Positions 46,488-60,000 of a DNA stretch of 64,000 bases are shown here, piece by piece (position 1 is the stretch's first letter; every line of letters starts with the position of its first letter). The stretch lies in contig CAWFEI010000008.1 in the NCBI GenBank assembly GCA_963814915.1, positions 20,179 to 84,178 of the forward strand. Direction: 5' to 3'. The stretch is from an uncultured Solirubrobacterales bacterium. GTDB lineage: Bacteria > Actinomycetota > Thermoleophilia > Solirubrobacterales > 70-9. The notes below the pieces were generated by a model. That model saw nothing but the letters and a program-made list of their open reading frames with translations. It was not told the DNA's origin and searched no databases. The position numbers and the translations under genes are program-made.

Positions 46488-46763
46488 TTACTCGGCTCCC
46501 TTGCCGGTGCCGGAGTGGGCGCGGAAGGTGCGGGTCGGCGCGAACTCGCCCAGCTTGTGGCCGACCATCGACTCGGAGATGAAAACCGGAACGTGTTTCT
46601 TGCCGTCGTGGACGGCGATCGTGTGGCCGACCATCTCGGGGAAGACCGTCGAGGTCCGCGACCAGGTCTTGACCATCTGCTTCTGGCCGGAATCGTTCAT
46701 GGCGCTGATCCGCTTCATCAACGCCGCTTCCACCCACGGCCCCTTTTTGGTCGAGCGTCCCAT
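46488..46763 (-). CDS. rpsS: 30S ribosomal protein S19
   Basis: 91-aa ORF starting [19 protein letters not shown]. Confidence 0.95.
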   Translation of the reverse strand: MGRSTKKGPWVEAALMKRISAMNDSGQKQMVKTWSRTSTVFPEMVGHTIAVHDGKKHVPVFISESMVGHKLGEFAPTRTFRAHSGTGKGAE

Positions 46764-47609
46764 CTACCTGCCCTTCTTCTTGCCGCGCTTGCGGCCGCGC
46801 ACGATGTACCGGTCGGACTGCTTGCCCTTCTTGCGCGTGCGGTAGCCGAGCGTCGGCTTGCCCCACGGGGTCACCGGGTGGCCGCCGGGAGTGTGGTGCG
46901 CCTCGCCGCCGCCGTGCGGGTGGTCGACCGGGTTCATCGCGACACCGCGCGTTTGCGGGCGCTTGCCCTTGTGGCGGCTGCGCCCGGCCTTGCCGACCTT
47001 CATGTTCTGGTGCTCGGCGTTGGAAAGCTGGCCGACCGTCGCGCGGCACTCGGCGCGGACCAACCGCATCTCCGAGGAGGGCAGGCGCAGGGTGACCATC
47101 TCACCCTCCTTGGCGATCAGCTGGATCGCGGTTCCGGCGGCACGGCCCATCTTGCCGCCCTGGCCCGCGGTCAGCTCGACGTTGTGGACGATCGTGCCGG
47201 TCGGCATCTCGCGCAGGCTCAGCGCGTGCCCCGGTTTGATGTCGGCGCCCTGGCCCGACTGGACCGTGTCGCCGGGCTTCAGCGCGGCGGGCGCGAGGAT
47301 GTAGCTCTTCTCGCCGTCGGCGTAGTGGATCAGGGCGATGTAGCAGCTGCGGTTGGGGTCGTACTCGATGCTGGCCACCGTGGCCGGCACGCCGTCCTTG
47401 AGCCGCTTGAAGTCGATCTTGCGATAGCGCCGCTTGGCGCCGCCGCCGCGATGGCGCGCGGTGACGCGGCCGTTGGAGTTGCGGCCACCGCTCTTGCGCA
47501 GGCCTTCGGTCAGCTTCGCCTCCGGCTCGGAGGCGGTCAGCTGCTCGCGCAACGGGTACGTCGCGAAGCGGCGTCCGGGACTCGTCGGTTTGGTTTTGCG
47601 GTTCGGCAT
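46764..47609 (-). CDS. rplB: 50S ribosomal protein L2
   Basis: 281-aa ORF with [16 protein letters not shown] and [13 protein letters not shown]. Confidence 0.95.
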   Translation of the reverse strand: MPNRKTKPTSPGRRFATYPLREQLTASEPEAKLTEGLRKSGGRNSNGRVTARHRGGGAKRRYRKIDFKRLKDGVPATVASIEYDPNRSCYIALIHYADGEKSYILAPAALKPGDTVQSGQGADIKPGHALSLREMPTGTIVHNVELTAGQGGKMGRAAGTAIQLIAKEGEMVTLRLPSSEMRLVRAECRATVGQLSNAEHQNMKVGKAGRSRHKGKRPQTRGVAMNPVDHPHGGGEAHHTPGGHPVTPWGKPTLGYRTRKKGKQSDRYIVRGRKRGKKKGR

Positions 47610-47619
47610 CTCTTCTCCC

Positions 47620-47913
47620 CTACGCGGTCTCGGCGCCTTCGAACAGCTCGATCCGCTCGCCCGGCATCAGCTGGACGATCGCCTTCTTCCAGCCGCGCGT
47701 CCGGCCTTTGCTGAGGTTGCGGCGCTTCGGCTTCGGCCGCACCTTAGAGGTACGCACCTCGGCGACGGCTACGCCGAAGATCTCTTCGACCGCGCGGGCG
47801 ATCTGGGTCTTGTGGGCTCGGTCGGCGACGCGGAAGGTGTACTTGCCCTCGGCGATCAGCGCGTAGCTCTTCTCCGAGACGACCGGGCTGACGATGATGT
47901 TGCGGGCGTCCAT
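47620..47913 (-). CDS. rplW: 50S ribosomal protein L23
   Basis: 97 aa starting [17 protein letters not shown]. Confidence 0.9.
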   Translation of the reverse strand: MDARNIIVSPVVSEKSYALIAEGKYTFRVADRAHKTQIARAVEEIFGVAVAEVRTSKVRPKPKRRNLSKGRTRGWKKAIVQLMPGERIELFEGAETA

Positions 47914-48536
47914 CAGGACAGCCTCCCCTTCAGGGTCTCCAGCGCCTTTTCGGAGATCACCAGGGACGCGGCGCCGATCGCGTCGGCGACGCCGATCGCG
48001 CCGACCTCGACGACCGTCACCCGGTCGATGTTGCGAAAGCTCTTCAGCGCGCCGGTCTCCTCGGCGTCGAGGACGACGAGGGTCGGCTGCTTGGCGCCCC
48101 ATTTCGCCAGCGCCTCGGCGGCGGCTTTGGTCGACGGGGTCTCGAAGGCAGCCGGGTCGAGAACGGCGACGCTGCCGCGCTCGGCGTGGACCGAGAGCGC
48201 GGCGCGCATCGCCTTGCGGCGTGCTTTGCGGTTGACCTTGACCGTGTAGTGACGCGGCTTCGGACCGAAGGCGACGCCGCCGCCGAAGCGGTTGGGCACG
48301 CCGAGCGTGCCGGCACGCGCGCGGCCGGTTCCCTTCTGCCGCCAGGCCTTGGCGGTGGTGAAGGCGACCTCGCCGCGGGTCAGAGTCGAGGCGGTGCCGC
48401 GACGACGGGAGTTGAGGTCCGCTCGCGCCGCCTCGTGCACCAGCGACTGGTGGAAGCGCTCGCCGAAGAGCTCTTTGGGCAGGTCGGCTTTGGTCGTCTT
48501 GCCGAGCACGGCCGCTTTGGGCCCCTGGCTAGCCAT
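47913..48536 (-). CDS. rplD: 50S ribosomal protein L4
   Basis: 207-aa ORF with KAWRQKGTGRARAG. Confidence 0.95.
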   Translation of the reverse strand: MASQGPKAAVLGKTTKADLPKELFGERFHQSLVHEAARADLNSRRRGTASTLTRGEVAFTTAKAWRQKGTGRARAGTLGVPNRFGGGVAFGPKPRHYTVKVNRKARRKAMRAALSVHAERGSVAVLDPAAFETPSTKAAAEALAKWGAKQPTLVVLDAEETGALKSFRNIDRVTVVEVGAIGVADAIGAASLVISEKALETLKGRLS

Positions 48537-49158
48537 CGGTCCTCACCTCGATCAGGGCGTTGCGCGAGCCGGGCACCGAGCCCCGCAGCAGCAGCAGGTT
48601 GCGCTCGACGTCGATGTCGGCGACTTCGAGGCCGCGCTGGGTCTTGCGCTTGTTGCCCATCTGGCCGGGCATCCGCTGCCCTTTGAAGACGCGGCCGGGG
48701 AAGGTGCTGGCGCCGATCGCGCCCGGCGCCCTGACGTTGTGGGAGCCGTGGCTGACCGGGCCGCGGCTGAAGTTGTGACGCTTGATCCCGCCCTGGAAGC
48801 CCTTGCCGATCGAGATGCCGGAGACTTTCACCCGCTGGCCCGCCTCGAAGGCGGTGACGGTGACGTCGTCGCCCACCTTGGGGCCCTCCTCGGCGCCGAG
48901 GTCCTCGTCGCGGAACTCGGCCAGGTGGCGCAGCGGCGGCGCGCCGGCCTTCTTCAGGTGGCCGAGCTCGGCCTTGCTGAGCTTGCTCTCCTTGACCTCG
49001 TCGAAGGCCAGCTGCACGGCGGCGTAGCCGTCGCGCTCGGCGTCACGGACGGCGGTCACCTTGCAGGGCCCGGCCTCGATCACGGTCACCGGCACGACCT
49101 CGCCGTCCTCGCGGAAGACCTGCGTCATACCGAGCTTCTTGCCGAGGATCGCAGCCAT
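48529..49158 (-). CDS. rplC: 50S ribosomal protein L3
   Basis: 209-aa ORF starting MAAILGKKLGMTQVF. Confidence 0.95.
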   Translation of the reverse strand: MAAILGKKLGMTQVFREDGEVVPVTVIEAGPCKVTAVRDAERDGYAAVQLAFDEVKESKLSKAELGHLKKAGAPPLRHLAEFRDEDLGAEEGPKVGDDVTVTAFEAGQRVKVSGISIGKGFQGGIKRHNFSRGPVSHGSHNVRAPGAIGASTFPGRVFKGQRMPGQMGNKRKTQRGLEVADIDVERNLLLLRGSVPGSRNALIEVRTDG

Positions 49159-49165
49159 CGCTCCC

Positions 49166-49486
49166 TTAGAGGCGGATCTCGATATCGACGCCGGCCGGCA
49201 GCGAGTCCAGGCGCTGCAGCGAGTCGACCGTTTTCGGCGACGGCTGGAGGATGTCGATCAGGCGCTTGTGGGTACGGATCTCGAAGTGCTCGCGTGAGTC
49301 CTTGTCCTTGAACGGGGACTTGATCACGCAGTAGACGTTTTTCTCCGTGGGAAGGGGCACCGGGCCGGAGACGCTGGCGCCGGTGCGCTCCGCGGTCTCG
49401 ACGATCTCGCGGGCAGCCCGATCTATGGCGTCGTGGTCGTACGCCTTCAGTCGGATGCGAATTTTTTGGGCCGCGATAGTCGCCAC
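49166..49486 (-). CDS. rpsJ: 30S ribosomal protein S10
   Basis: 106-aa ORF with [12 protein letters not shown]. Confidence 0.95.
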   Translation of the reverse strand: MATIAAQKIRIRLKAYDHDAIDRAAREIVETAERTGASVSGPVPLPTEKNVYCVIKSPFKDKDSREHFEIRTHKRLIDILQPSPKTVDSLQRLDSLPAGVDIEIRL

Positions 49487-49611
49487 GGTCTGTTCTCTCT
49501 CTTGTTCCTTCCCCGCCCGTCTTACCGCGCGGAAGGGGCGCCGCCCCTTGTTGGTGGGGCGCCGCCCCGGTCGTATGTGCTTTTCAGTTGTCTCGCCGCT
49601 AGCCAGCGGCG
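49487..49611 (-). promoter_or_regulatory. S10-operon 5' leader carrying hairpins and a duplicated GC-rich 13-mer
   Basis: It contains the hairpin CGCCGCT-GGCT-AGCGGCG (49594-49611) and two copies of GGGGCGCCGCCCC (plus-strand coordinates 49535-49547 and 49556-49568). Confidence 0.4.
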
Positions 49612-49633
49612 AAAAGGCGGGCCGCGGCCCGCC
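49612..49633 (-). terminator. Intrinsic terminator after tuf
   Basis: The minus strand reads GGCGGGCCGCGGCCCGCC followed by TTTT, starting 9 nt after the tuf stop. Confidence 0.7.
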
Positions 49634-49641
49634 CCGGGGTG

Positions 49642-50826
<1,185 letters not shown>

Positions 50827-50903
50827 CTGCTCTCCGTTCTACCTTTCGAAGTCTGGGGTTTTTTGCTGCTGCCTGATGGCGAACCTGGGAAATATAGCCA
50901 GAT

Positions 50904-53015
<2,112 letters not shown>

Positions 53016-53041
53016 GGTTCTAAGTTAGAGAGTTGCCTTTT

Positions 53042-53998
53042 ATGAAGTGGGGACGAGCGAAATCTGAGAAATCGGCGCCGGCCGGCAAGAGCCGCCGGAG
53101 TCGGCGCATGAAAAAGGCCCTCGCGGGCCCGGCGAAACGATCAGCAAAGAAGAAGCCTGAGCGACGCGCGATGATAGCAGCGCGCCTGCGGGGCACGTTC
53201 CTCTGGCTATACCCGAGGAACGTGCCCCGCAGGGCACGGGCGCTGAGTCGGCGGATCGATGCGGGGGTCAACGGGCTGCTTGTGCGGGCGTGGGGGCCGC
53301 TTGTCCGGACCGGTCGCTCGGCGCGCAGCCTGGCGGTTCGGCTGGTCCGGCGGCTACGGCCGCTCGCCGTCCTCCTCTTCCGCCTCCTCGGGCGAATCGA
53401 ACGGCTGCTGCGGCGTGCTGTCCGCGACGGCGGGCGGGCGGCGACCCGCGCCAGCGGCGCGCTCACTCCCCAGCGGGCGATCTGCCTGGCGATCGTCGCC
53501 GCGGCCGCCTGCCTGCTCGTCGCCCAGTTCGTCGACTACCGCGCGGTCGAGGTCGGCCAACCGGGCTATGCCGGGCTGCTCGCGGCGAAGGCGCCCGCGG
53601 TCGGCGCCGAGAACGCCGGCAGCGCCCACGCCTACCTGCTGGTCCCGCTGGCTGCGCTGGCCGCGGCGCTCGCCCTGGTCGCGATCGCCAACGAGCGGCG
53701 GCGCGGCCTCGGCCGGGTCGTCTTCGCGCTCGGCCTGCTCGCCCTTGCCACGATCCTCCTCGTCGACCTGCCGGCCGGTCTCGACGCAGGGGCCGCGGCC
53801 TCGCGCTTCGCCGGCGCCGAGGCTGTCCTCTACGACGGCTTCTACGCGGAGATCGCCGCCGCCGTGGGCCTGATGCTGGGCGGCGCCCTGCTCACCAATG
53901 CCCACAAGGTTCCCACCCGGCGTGGATGCAGACGGCGAAAATCAAGCATGACAAGGATGCAGGGAGGTCGCCGCCGCACGCGCACTTCCAGTGCGTAA
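53042..53998 (+). CDS. Hypothetical protein: an extremely Arg/Lys-rich N-terminal part plus four predicted TM helices. The start is uncertain.
   Basis: TM segments are [54 protein letters not shown] and [16 protein letters not shown]. The first ~130 codons contain a perfect 19-bp palindrome and may not be coding; GTG 53282 is an alternative start. The last ~20 codons run into repeat copy B. Confidence 0.45.
   Translation: MKWGRAKSEKSAPAGKSRRSRRMKKALAGPAKRSAKKKPERRAMIAARLRGTFLWLYPRNVPRRARALSRRIDAGVNGLLVRAWGPLVRTGRSARSLAVRLVRRLRPLAVLLFRLLGRIERLLRRAVRDGGRAATRASGALTPQRAICLAIVAAAACLLVAQFVDYRAVEVGQPGYAGLLAAKAPAVGAENAGSAHAYLLVPLAALAAALALVAIANERRRGLGRVVFALGLLALATILLVDLPAGLDAGAAASRFAGAEAVLYDGFYAEIAAAVGLMLGGALLTNAHKVPTRRGCRRRKSSMTRMQGGRRRTRTSSA
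53185..53233. other. Perfect 19-bp inverted repeat with an 11-nt loop
   Basis: CCTGCGGGGCACGTTCCTC (53185-53203) is the exact reverse complement of GAGGAACGTGCCCCGCAGG (53215-53233). The loop is TGGCTATACCC. Confidence 0.8.
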
Positions 53999-54043
53999 GC
54001 AAGGCCACCGACCGAGGACGCAGCCAGGCGCAGGTTTGCAGCG
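53935..54043 (+). repeat. Block-conserved ~110-nt element, copy B (sense, ending 19 nt before the rpsL GTG)
   Basis: GCGAAAATCAAGCATGACAAGGATGCAGGGAGGTCGCCGCCGCACGCGCACTTCCAGTGCGTAAGCAAGGCCACCGACCGAGGACGCAGCCAGGCGCAGGTTTGCAGCG. It aligns with copies A and C. Confidence 0.8.
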
Positions 54044-54062
54044 GTCTGTACCATGCCGGGCC

Positions 54063-54458
54063 GTGCCGAACACGAACCAACTCATTCGCAAGGGCCGCAA
54101 GCGCCCTAAGAAGAAGACGACGACGCCGGGCCTCAAGTCGGGGCAGGGGCGCAAGAAGAGGGTCTCGGCTCCGCAACGACGCGGTGTCTGCACCCGCGTC
54201 GCCACGGTAACGCCGAAGAAGCCGAACTCGGCGCTGCGCAAGATCGCGCGTGTTCGCCTCACCAACGGCATGGAGGTCACCACCTACATCCCGGGCGAGG
54301 GCCACAACCTTCAGGAGCACTCCGTCGTCCTCGTACGCGGCGGCCGGGTCAAGGACCTGCCGGGCGTCCGCTACAAGGTCGTACGCGGCACCCTCGACGC
54401 GGCCGGGGTCTCGGACCGCAAGCAGGCCCGCTCGCTCTACGGAGTGAAGGCCTCCTAA
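54063..54458 (+). CDS. rpsL: 30S ribosomal protein S12
   Basis: The GTG start gives [13 protein letters not shown]..., then [18 protein letters not shown] and [12 protein letters not shown]. The track start at 53991 lies inside repeat B. Confidence 0.93.
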   Translation: MPNTNQLIRKGRKRPKKKTTTPGLKSGQGRKKRVSAPQRRGVCTRVATVTPKKPNSALRKIARVRLTNGMEVTTYIPGEGHNLQEHSVVLVRGGRVKDLPGVRYKVVRGTLDAAGVSDRKQARSLYGVKAS

Positions 54459-54460
54459 CC

Positions 54461-54931
54461 ATGCCGCGCCGCTCCGCCGCAACGATCCGCCCGGTCGAAC
54501 CGGACGCCCGCTTCCGCAACCGGCTCGTCCAGCAGGTCATCAACAAGGTGATGAGCGACGGCAAGAAGTCGCTTGCCGAGCGGCTCGTCTACGACGCTCT
54601 GGCGATCGTCGGCGAGCGCTCCGGCGAGGACGCCGTGGAGACGCTCGAGGCGGCGATCAAACAACTCACCCCGGTGCTCGAGGTCCGCTCGCGCCGGGTC
54701 GGCGGCGCCACCTACCAGGTGCCGGTCGAGGTTCCCGCCCGCCGCGCCCGCACGCTCGCGGTGCGCTGGCTGGTCGACTTCGCCCGCAACCGCCGCGAGT
54801 ACTCGATGTCCGAGCGCCTCGCCACCGAAATCCTCGACTCGACCCAGCAGCAGGGCGGTGCGTGGAAGCGCAAGGACGACATCTACCGCATGGCCCAGGC
54901 GAACAAAGCCTTCGCTCATTACCGCTGGTAG
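54461..54931 (+). CDS. rpsG: 30S ribosomal protein S7
   Basis: 156-aa ORF with PDARFRNRLVQQVINKVMSDGKKSLAERLVY. Confidence 0.95.
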   Translation: MPRRSAATIRPVEPDARFRNRLVQQVINKVMSDGKKSLAERLVYDALAIVGERSGEDAVETLEAAIKQLTPVLEVRSRRVGGATYQVPVEVPARRARTLAVRWLVDFARNRREYSMSERLATEILDSTQQQGGAWKRKDDIYRMAQANKAFAHYRW

Positions 54932-54944
54932 CTAGCCTGGCCGC

Positions 54945-55421
54945 ATGAGTCGGCCGATCCTCGCCGTCGACGTCGACGGCGTCATCTCAATCTTCGGATT
55001 CGACGAGCCGCCATCCTCGACCGAGGCGAGGTTCGAGCTGGTTGACGGGATGGTGCACTGCATCTCCCTCGCAGCCGGGGAGCGGTTGAAGCGGCTGGCG
55101 GAGGTCTACGAACTCGTCTGGGCGACCGGCTGGGAGGACAAAGCCAACGACTACCTGCCGAACATCCTCGGCATGCCCGAGCTCCCATTTCTCAGCTTCG
55201 ACGGCGCCGCCCGCTTCGGCTCGGCGCACTGGAAGCTGGGCCCGCTCGACGAGTACGGCGAGGGCAGGCCGCTGGCCTGGATCGACGACAACTTCGACGA
55301 GAGCTGTTACGAGTGGGCGCGAGGCCGCGACGAGCCGACCCTGCTCGTCCCCACCGAGCCCCACCTCGGCCTCGAGGAGGTCCAGGTGGAGGCGCTGATG
55401 GCCTGGGTCCGGGGCATCTGA
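54945..55421 (+). CDS. HAD-superfamily-like hydrolase (small)
   Basis: 158-aa ORF with the N-terminal LAVDVDGVI (DxDxV motif I) and a late WIDDN motif. Confidence 0.55.
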   Translation: MSRPILAVDVDGVISIFGFDEPPSSTEARFELVDGMVHCISLAAGERLKRLAEVYELVWATGWEDKANDYLPNILGMPELPFLSFDGAARFGSAHWKLGPLDEYGEGRPLAWIDDNFDESCYEWARGRDEPTLLVPTEPHLGLEEVQVEALMAWVRGI

Positions 55422-55450
55422 GGCCAGGCGGGCCGTCTACACTGGCCACG

Positions 55451-55774
55451 ATGCACGGGTTCCTGCCGATCTTCTTCCTGCTGGTCGTCCTCAAGATCCC
55501 GGTCTTCGGCGCGCTCTGGCTGATCTGGTGGGCGAGCAAGTCACCGACCCCGGAAGGCTCCCAAGACGACTCGGACGGTGGCTTCAACCCCCGCCGTCCC
55601 TTCCCCACTCGCCCTCGCGGGCCACATCACGGTTCTCCAGCCGGAACGCTTCAGAAGAGGGTCCGTGCCCGTCCAGCGGAACTTGTGAGCGACCGAAGGG
55701 AGCGGGTTCCGCAGAACGGACACGCACCCTCTCAAGCAACCCGCTTACGCTCGCGCCGAATCGCACGCAGATAG
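55451..55774 (+). CDS. Hypothetical small membrane protein
   Basis: ATG 55451 gives MHGFLPIFFLLVVLKIPVFGALWLIWWA (one strong TM segment), followed by a low-complexity tail. Its 3' end overlaps the convergent monooxygenase gene by 43 nt. Confidence 0.3.
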   Translation: MHGFLPIFFLLVVLKIPVFGALWLIWWASKSPTPEGSQDDSDGGFNPRRPFPTRPRGPHHGSPAGTLQKRVRARPAELVSDRRERVPQNGHAPSQATRLRSRRIARR

Positions 55775-57069
55775 GGGTGGAAGTCGACCTCGACCGTGTG
55801 ACGCTTCGAGCTGACGAAGCGCTTGTTCAGCCAGCGTTCGTACTCTCCGATCTCCCTGCGCATCGCCGCGTCCGACGGCAGCGTCGCCTTGCCGGCCAGT
55901 AGGTCGGCGACCCATTCGGCCTGCGCCTCGGCCAGCGGCATGATCGGGCCGAGCGGCTGGATGAAGCCGATGAAGTAGAGGCCCGGATTCTCGACCGAGA
56001 CCGCGCGCTTGTAGAGCGGCATGCGGTTGTCGCGGGCCGTGAATACGTCCGGCGCCAGGAAGGGGAACTCGATTTCATATCCGGTGCAGTAGACGACCAG
56101 GTCGATCTCCTCTTCGCTGCCGTCGGCGAAGCGCACGCCGCGGCCGCCGCTGAAGCGGTCGATGTTCGGCTTGACCACGATGTCGCCGTGGCCGATCCGC
56201 GGCAGCAGCTCCGAGGAAACGGTCGGATGGGCCTCGAGCAGCTTGTGGTCGGGCTTGGGCAGGCCGTAGTCGGTCATCTCGCCGATCGAGAGCTTCAGCA
56301 GGCGGGCGAAGAAGAAGCGCTGCACGGCGATCGGCAGGTGGCTCATCAGCGGCGGGGACGCTTCGTCGATCGGCTTGCCGCCGAGGAACTTGGGCAGGAC
56401 ATAGGCGCCGCGGCGCATCGAGATGAAGGTCTCCTCGGCGATCCGCGAAGACTCGACCGCGACGTCGACACTGGAGTTGCCGATGCCGAGCACAAGCACC
56501 CGCTTGCCGACCAGGACATCGGGCTCGCGGTAGTGGTGGACGTGCATCTGCTCGCCCTCGAACTCCTCGGCGCCGGCGAAGCCCGGTTCGGGCCACCGCG
56601 GCTTCCAGTGGTGGCCGTTGGCGACGAGAACCGCCCGGTAGCGCTCGCTGCGGCGCTCGCCGTCGGGCCCATCGACGGTCACCTCCCACTCCCCCTCCCC
56701 CGCGTTCGCCTTTTGTCGACCTGAGCCCGACAAATCGCGAACGCTGGCGACCTCGGTGTTGAACGTGATCCGCTCGCGGAGGCCGAAGCGCTCGGCGTAG
56801 TCGTCGAAGTACTTGGCCACCTGCCAGTGACTGGCGTAGTCGGGGTAGTCGTCGGGCATCGGGAAGGCCTTGTAGGACATCAGCTTGCGGGCGCTGTTTA
56901 TGTGCAGCGAGCGGTACGCGGACGAGGTCCCGTTGTCGTTCTCATAGCGCCAGTTGCCACCGATCATCGACCCCTTCTCGAAGCAGTCGAAGGGGATGCC
57001 GCGGGCGGCCAGCACCTGACAGGCGGTGAGCCCGGAGCTTCCGGCCCCGATGACGCAGACCCTCTCCAT
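55732..57069 (-). CDS. Flavin-containing (FMO/Baeyer-Villiger type) monooxygenase
   Basis: ATG 57069 gives MERVCVIGAGSSGL (FAD GxGxxG). It also has the FMO motif FEGEQMHVHHY and an NADPH site, VLGIGNSSVD. The track start at 57381 overlaps the upstream gene. Confidence 0.85.
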   Translation of the reverse strand: MERVCVIGAGSSGLTACQVLAARGIPFDCFEKGSMIGGNWRYENDNGTSSAYRSLHINSARKLMSYKAFPMPDDYPDYASHWQVAKYFDDYAERFGLRERITFNTEVASVRDLSGSGRQKANAGEGEWEVTVDGPDGERRSERYRAVLVANGHHWKPRWPEPGFAGAEEFEGEQMHVHHYREPDVLVGKRVLVLGIGNSSVDVAVESSRIAEETFISMRRGAYVLPKFLGGKPIDEASPPLMSHLPIAVQRFFFARLLKLSIGEMTDYGLPKPDHKLLEAHPTVSSELLPRIGHGDIVVKPNIDRFSGGRGVRFADGSEEEIDLVVYCTGYEIEFPFLAPDVFTARDNRMPLYKRAVSVENPGLYFIGFIQPLGPIMPLAEAQAEWVADLLAGKATLPSDAAMRREIGEYERWLNKRFVSSKRHTVEVDFHPYLRAIRRERKRVA

Positions 57070-57092
57070 GCTCACAAATGTATCTGGGCCGC

Positions 57093-60000
57093 TCAGTGGC
57101 GGCGCGGCTTGAGGCGCAGGCGTCCACCCTTGAGGCGCGGGCCGGCGGCCCGCGCGGCAAGGCCCCGGCGCCCGGCACGCCGCACCAGGCGGGCGCCGCG
57201 ACCGCTGAGCTTGACCCCGAGCAGGCGCCTGCGGCCGGCGGGCAATCGGTAAGCGGCGGCGCCGATCTTCACGGCGCGCCGGCCGTTGCGACCCGAGGCG
57301 CCGGAGCGCAGCCGCACGGTCAGTCGCACGACGCCGCGGCAGACAGCGCCGGCGCCGGCGCGACAGACCAGCTTCAGCCACGCCTTGCCACCGCGGACCG
57401 CAGCGCGCCGACCCTTCAACACGGCGAGGCCGGGGCTCGCCGCGAGCGGCGGGGAGCCGGCCGCCGGGGGCGCGGCGGGGGGCGGTCCGGAGCCGGCGCC
57501 AGGGCCGGCGCCCGAGTCGCCGCCCGGCCCCGGATCGGCGGGACCTTCGGGATCAGGCGGGGTCGAGTCGGCCGGGATCGGCAGGCAGGCCGAGAACTCC
57601 GAGGTTCCGTCGGGATCCCCCGGATCGAGGTCGGTCGCGGTCGCGGTCAGGAGCTGTTCGGGGGCGGTCGACGGTAGATTCGCTTCGATTGTCGCGTCGC
57701 CGCCGGCGTCGGTCGTGACGATGGCGGCGCCGAGCAGCGTCCTGCCCTCGCCGTTGCCCGATTCGTCGCAGGACGGGCTGGCGAAGAACTCGAGCCGGTA
57801 TTTGTGTTCGGGCTCCGACCCGAGGCTCCCGGTCACGGTCGTTTCGCCGAATTCGGTCAGGGCGGTGGCCAGCTCGGGGTAATTCTGGCCGCGGTTGGCG
57901 GGGGTTTCGTCTGCATCGAGCGGGTCGTTGGCCTCGACGCCGGCGGCGCCGACCAGGTCGATGCCGAGGTCGCCGTTCGCGTAGATCGAGTTGCCGAGCA
58001 GACGGTTGTCGAAGCTGGTCGATCCGCTGACCCGGATCCCGTTCTCGGCGTTGGCGGAGATCGTGTTTCCCTCCCCGGCTGCCGTGCCCCCGACCGCCAC
58101 CCCGGTCGAGTTGGCGATGTCGACGCCGGTGGCGCCGTTGCCGCGCGCCAGCGCGCCGTCGACGCTGGTCCCGATCCGGTTGCCGAGGATCGCGCTGGTG
58201 TCGGTCGCAAGCAGCATCGAGATGCCGTCGACGGCGTTGGCGGAGATCGTGTTTCCCTCCCCAGCGCCAGAGCCGCCGATCGTCGCCGCGTCTGGAATCG
58301 ACGCATCGATGCCGGCCGAGTTGTTGCCCAGCGGCGTTTCCCCGTCAACCGCGAGGCCGATCAGGTTGCCCTGAATCACCGGGGCGGCCGCGCTGGAGCT
58401 GATCGAGATGCCATGGTTGCCGTTGCCTGAGATCGCGTTGCCCGCGCCGGCCCGGCCGATCCGCTCTTCGTCGCCCGCGACCAACACTCCGACCCCGGTA
58501 TTGCCACGATCTTCGAGCCCGCTGGGATCGGTGCCGATCAGGTTGCCGAGCAGCTCCGTGCGGAGCGAGTTTTCGAGCCGCACACCCTCGGTCCCGTTGC
58601 CGGAGACGACGTTGCCCTCCGCGGCGCCTTCCCCCCCGATCGTGTTTTCGGCCGCCAGGCCGCTGACCAGGATTCCGCTGAAGTCGTTGGCGAGCACGCT
58701 GTCGCCGTCGGCGGCCAGGCCGACGTAGTTGCCGACGACGCTGTTGCCGACGGTTTCGGCCCCGCTCAGCCAGATCCCGCCCGATTCGTTGCCCGAGATC
58801 ACGTTGTGCTCGCCCACCCCGCCGCCGCCGATCTGGTTGCCGGAGCCTTTGCTGATCAGCACCCCGGTGTCCTGGCTACCGGGGGCGGAGAGACCGGTCG
58901 CGTCCGGGCCGAGGTAGTTGCCGAGCACCGAGTTTTCGTCGCCGCTGAAGATTTCGACTCCGTACTGGCCATTTCCCGAAATGACGTTGCCGGCGCCGGC
59001 CGCGCTACCGCCGATCGTCGTGCCGTTGGTCGCGATAACTCGCAGGCCGGCGTTGGTGCTTGGGCGCGGCAGGGTGCCGCCGGCATCGGTGCCGATGTAG
59101 TTGCCCTCGACCTTGTTGCCTTCGCCGGCGCCGCTGATGACGACCCCGAACTGCCCGGCGGCGGAGATCACGTTGCGGGCGCCGGCCGTGGCGCCACCGA
59201 TCGTGTTGTCGGCAGCGTCGCCCCCGACGGATACTCCGAACGTGCCGTTGCCCTGCCCGGTGGTCCCGTCGGGCCCGATGCCGATGTAGTTGCCCTCGAC
59301 TTTGTTGCCGCTGACTTCGGCGCCTGAGATCCGCACGCCGGTCGAGGTGTTGCCGGCGATCACGTTGCGCCTGGCGGCGCTGGTTCCGCCAATCGTCACC
59401 CCTTGCGCATCTTCCCCCAGCGAGATCCCCACCGGCTGCGCCAGGGTCCCGGTGCCGGCCAGATCGATTCCGACGTAGTTGCCGGAGACGGTCACCGTGC
59501 CGTCCTCGATCAGGACCCCGTTGACCCCGTTGGCCGAGATCACGTTGCAGGCGTCGTCGCAGGCCGCCGTCGACTGTGCGGGCGCCGAGACCGCGCCGCC
59601 GATCGTCTGCGAGCCGCTGCTGTTCAGCCAGACACCGCTCCCCGTGTTGGGGACCGCGCCGCTGCCGCTGGCGCTCGCCCCGATGAAATTGCCTTCGATC
59701 TTCGCCCCTGAGCTGCTGCCGAAGACCCAGATCCCGGTGGAGTTGCCGGAGATCACGTTGCGTTCGGCGACGCTGCTTCCGCCGATCCTCGTCGAGTAAC
59801 CGTCCTCGACCCGGATCCCGGTGCCGTTGCCGAGCGCCGATGCCCCCGAGGCGACGGTGCCGATCCGGTTGCCGCGGAAGACCGTGTCGGAGGAGGCGGA
59901 GACGATCCGCACGCCGGCCGTGGTATTGCCCGAGATCAGATTCGCTTCGATCCAGACTTCGTCGGCGCTCACCTGGATTCCGAACTGGTTCGCCATCGCC

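Noticed and set aside
53016-54062. Inverted-repeat scars at the presumed inversion breakpoints flanking rpsL-rpsG
   Set aside because: I compared about 53016-53045 with about 54925-54950 by eye and found no convincing matching repeats. The inversion remains inferred from gene order only.
57990-59800. A regular ~189-bp periodicity that could superficially suggest a CRISPR or satellite array
   Set aside because: The repeats are in frame within one long ORF, are imperfect at the DNA level, have no spacer/repeat alternation, and encode beta-helix coils.
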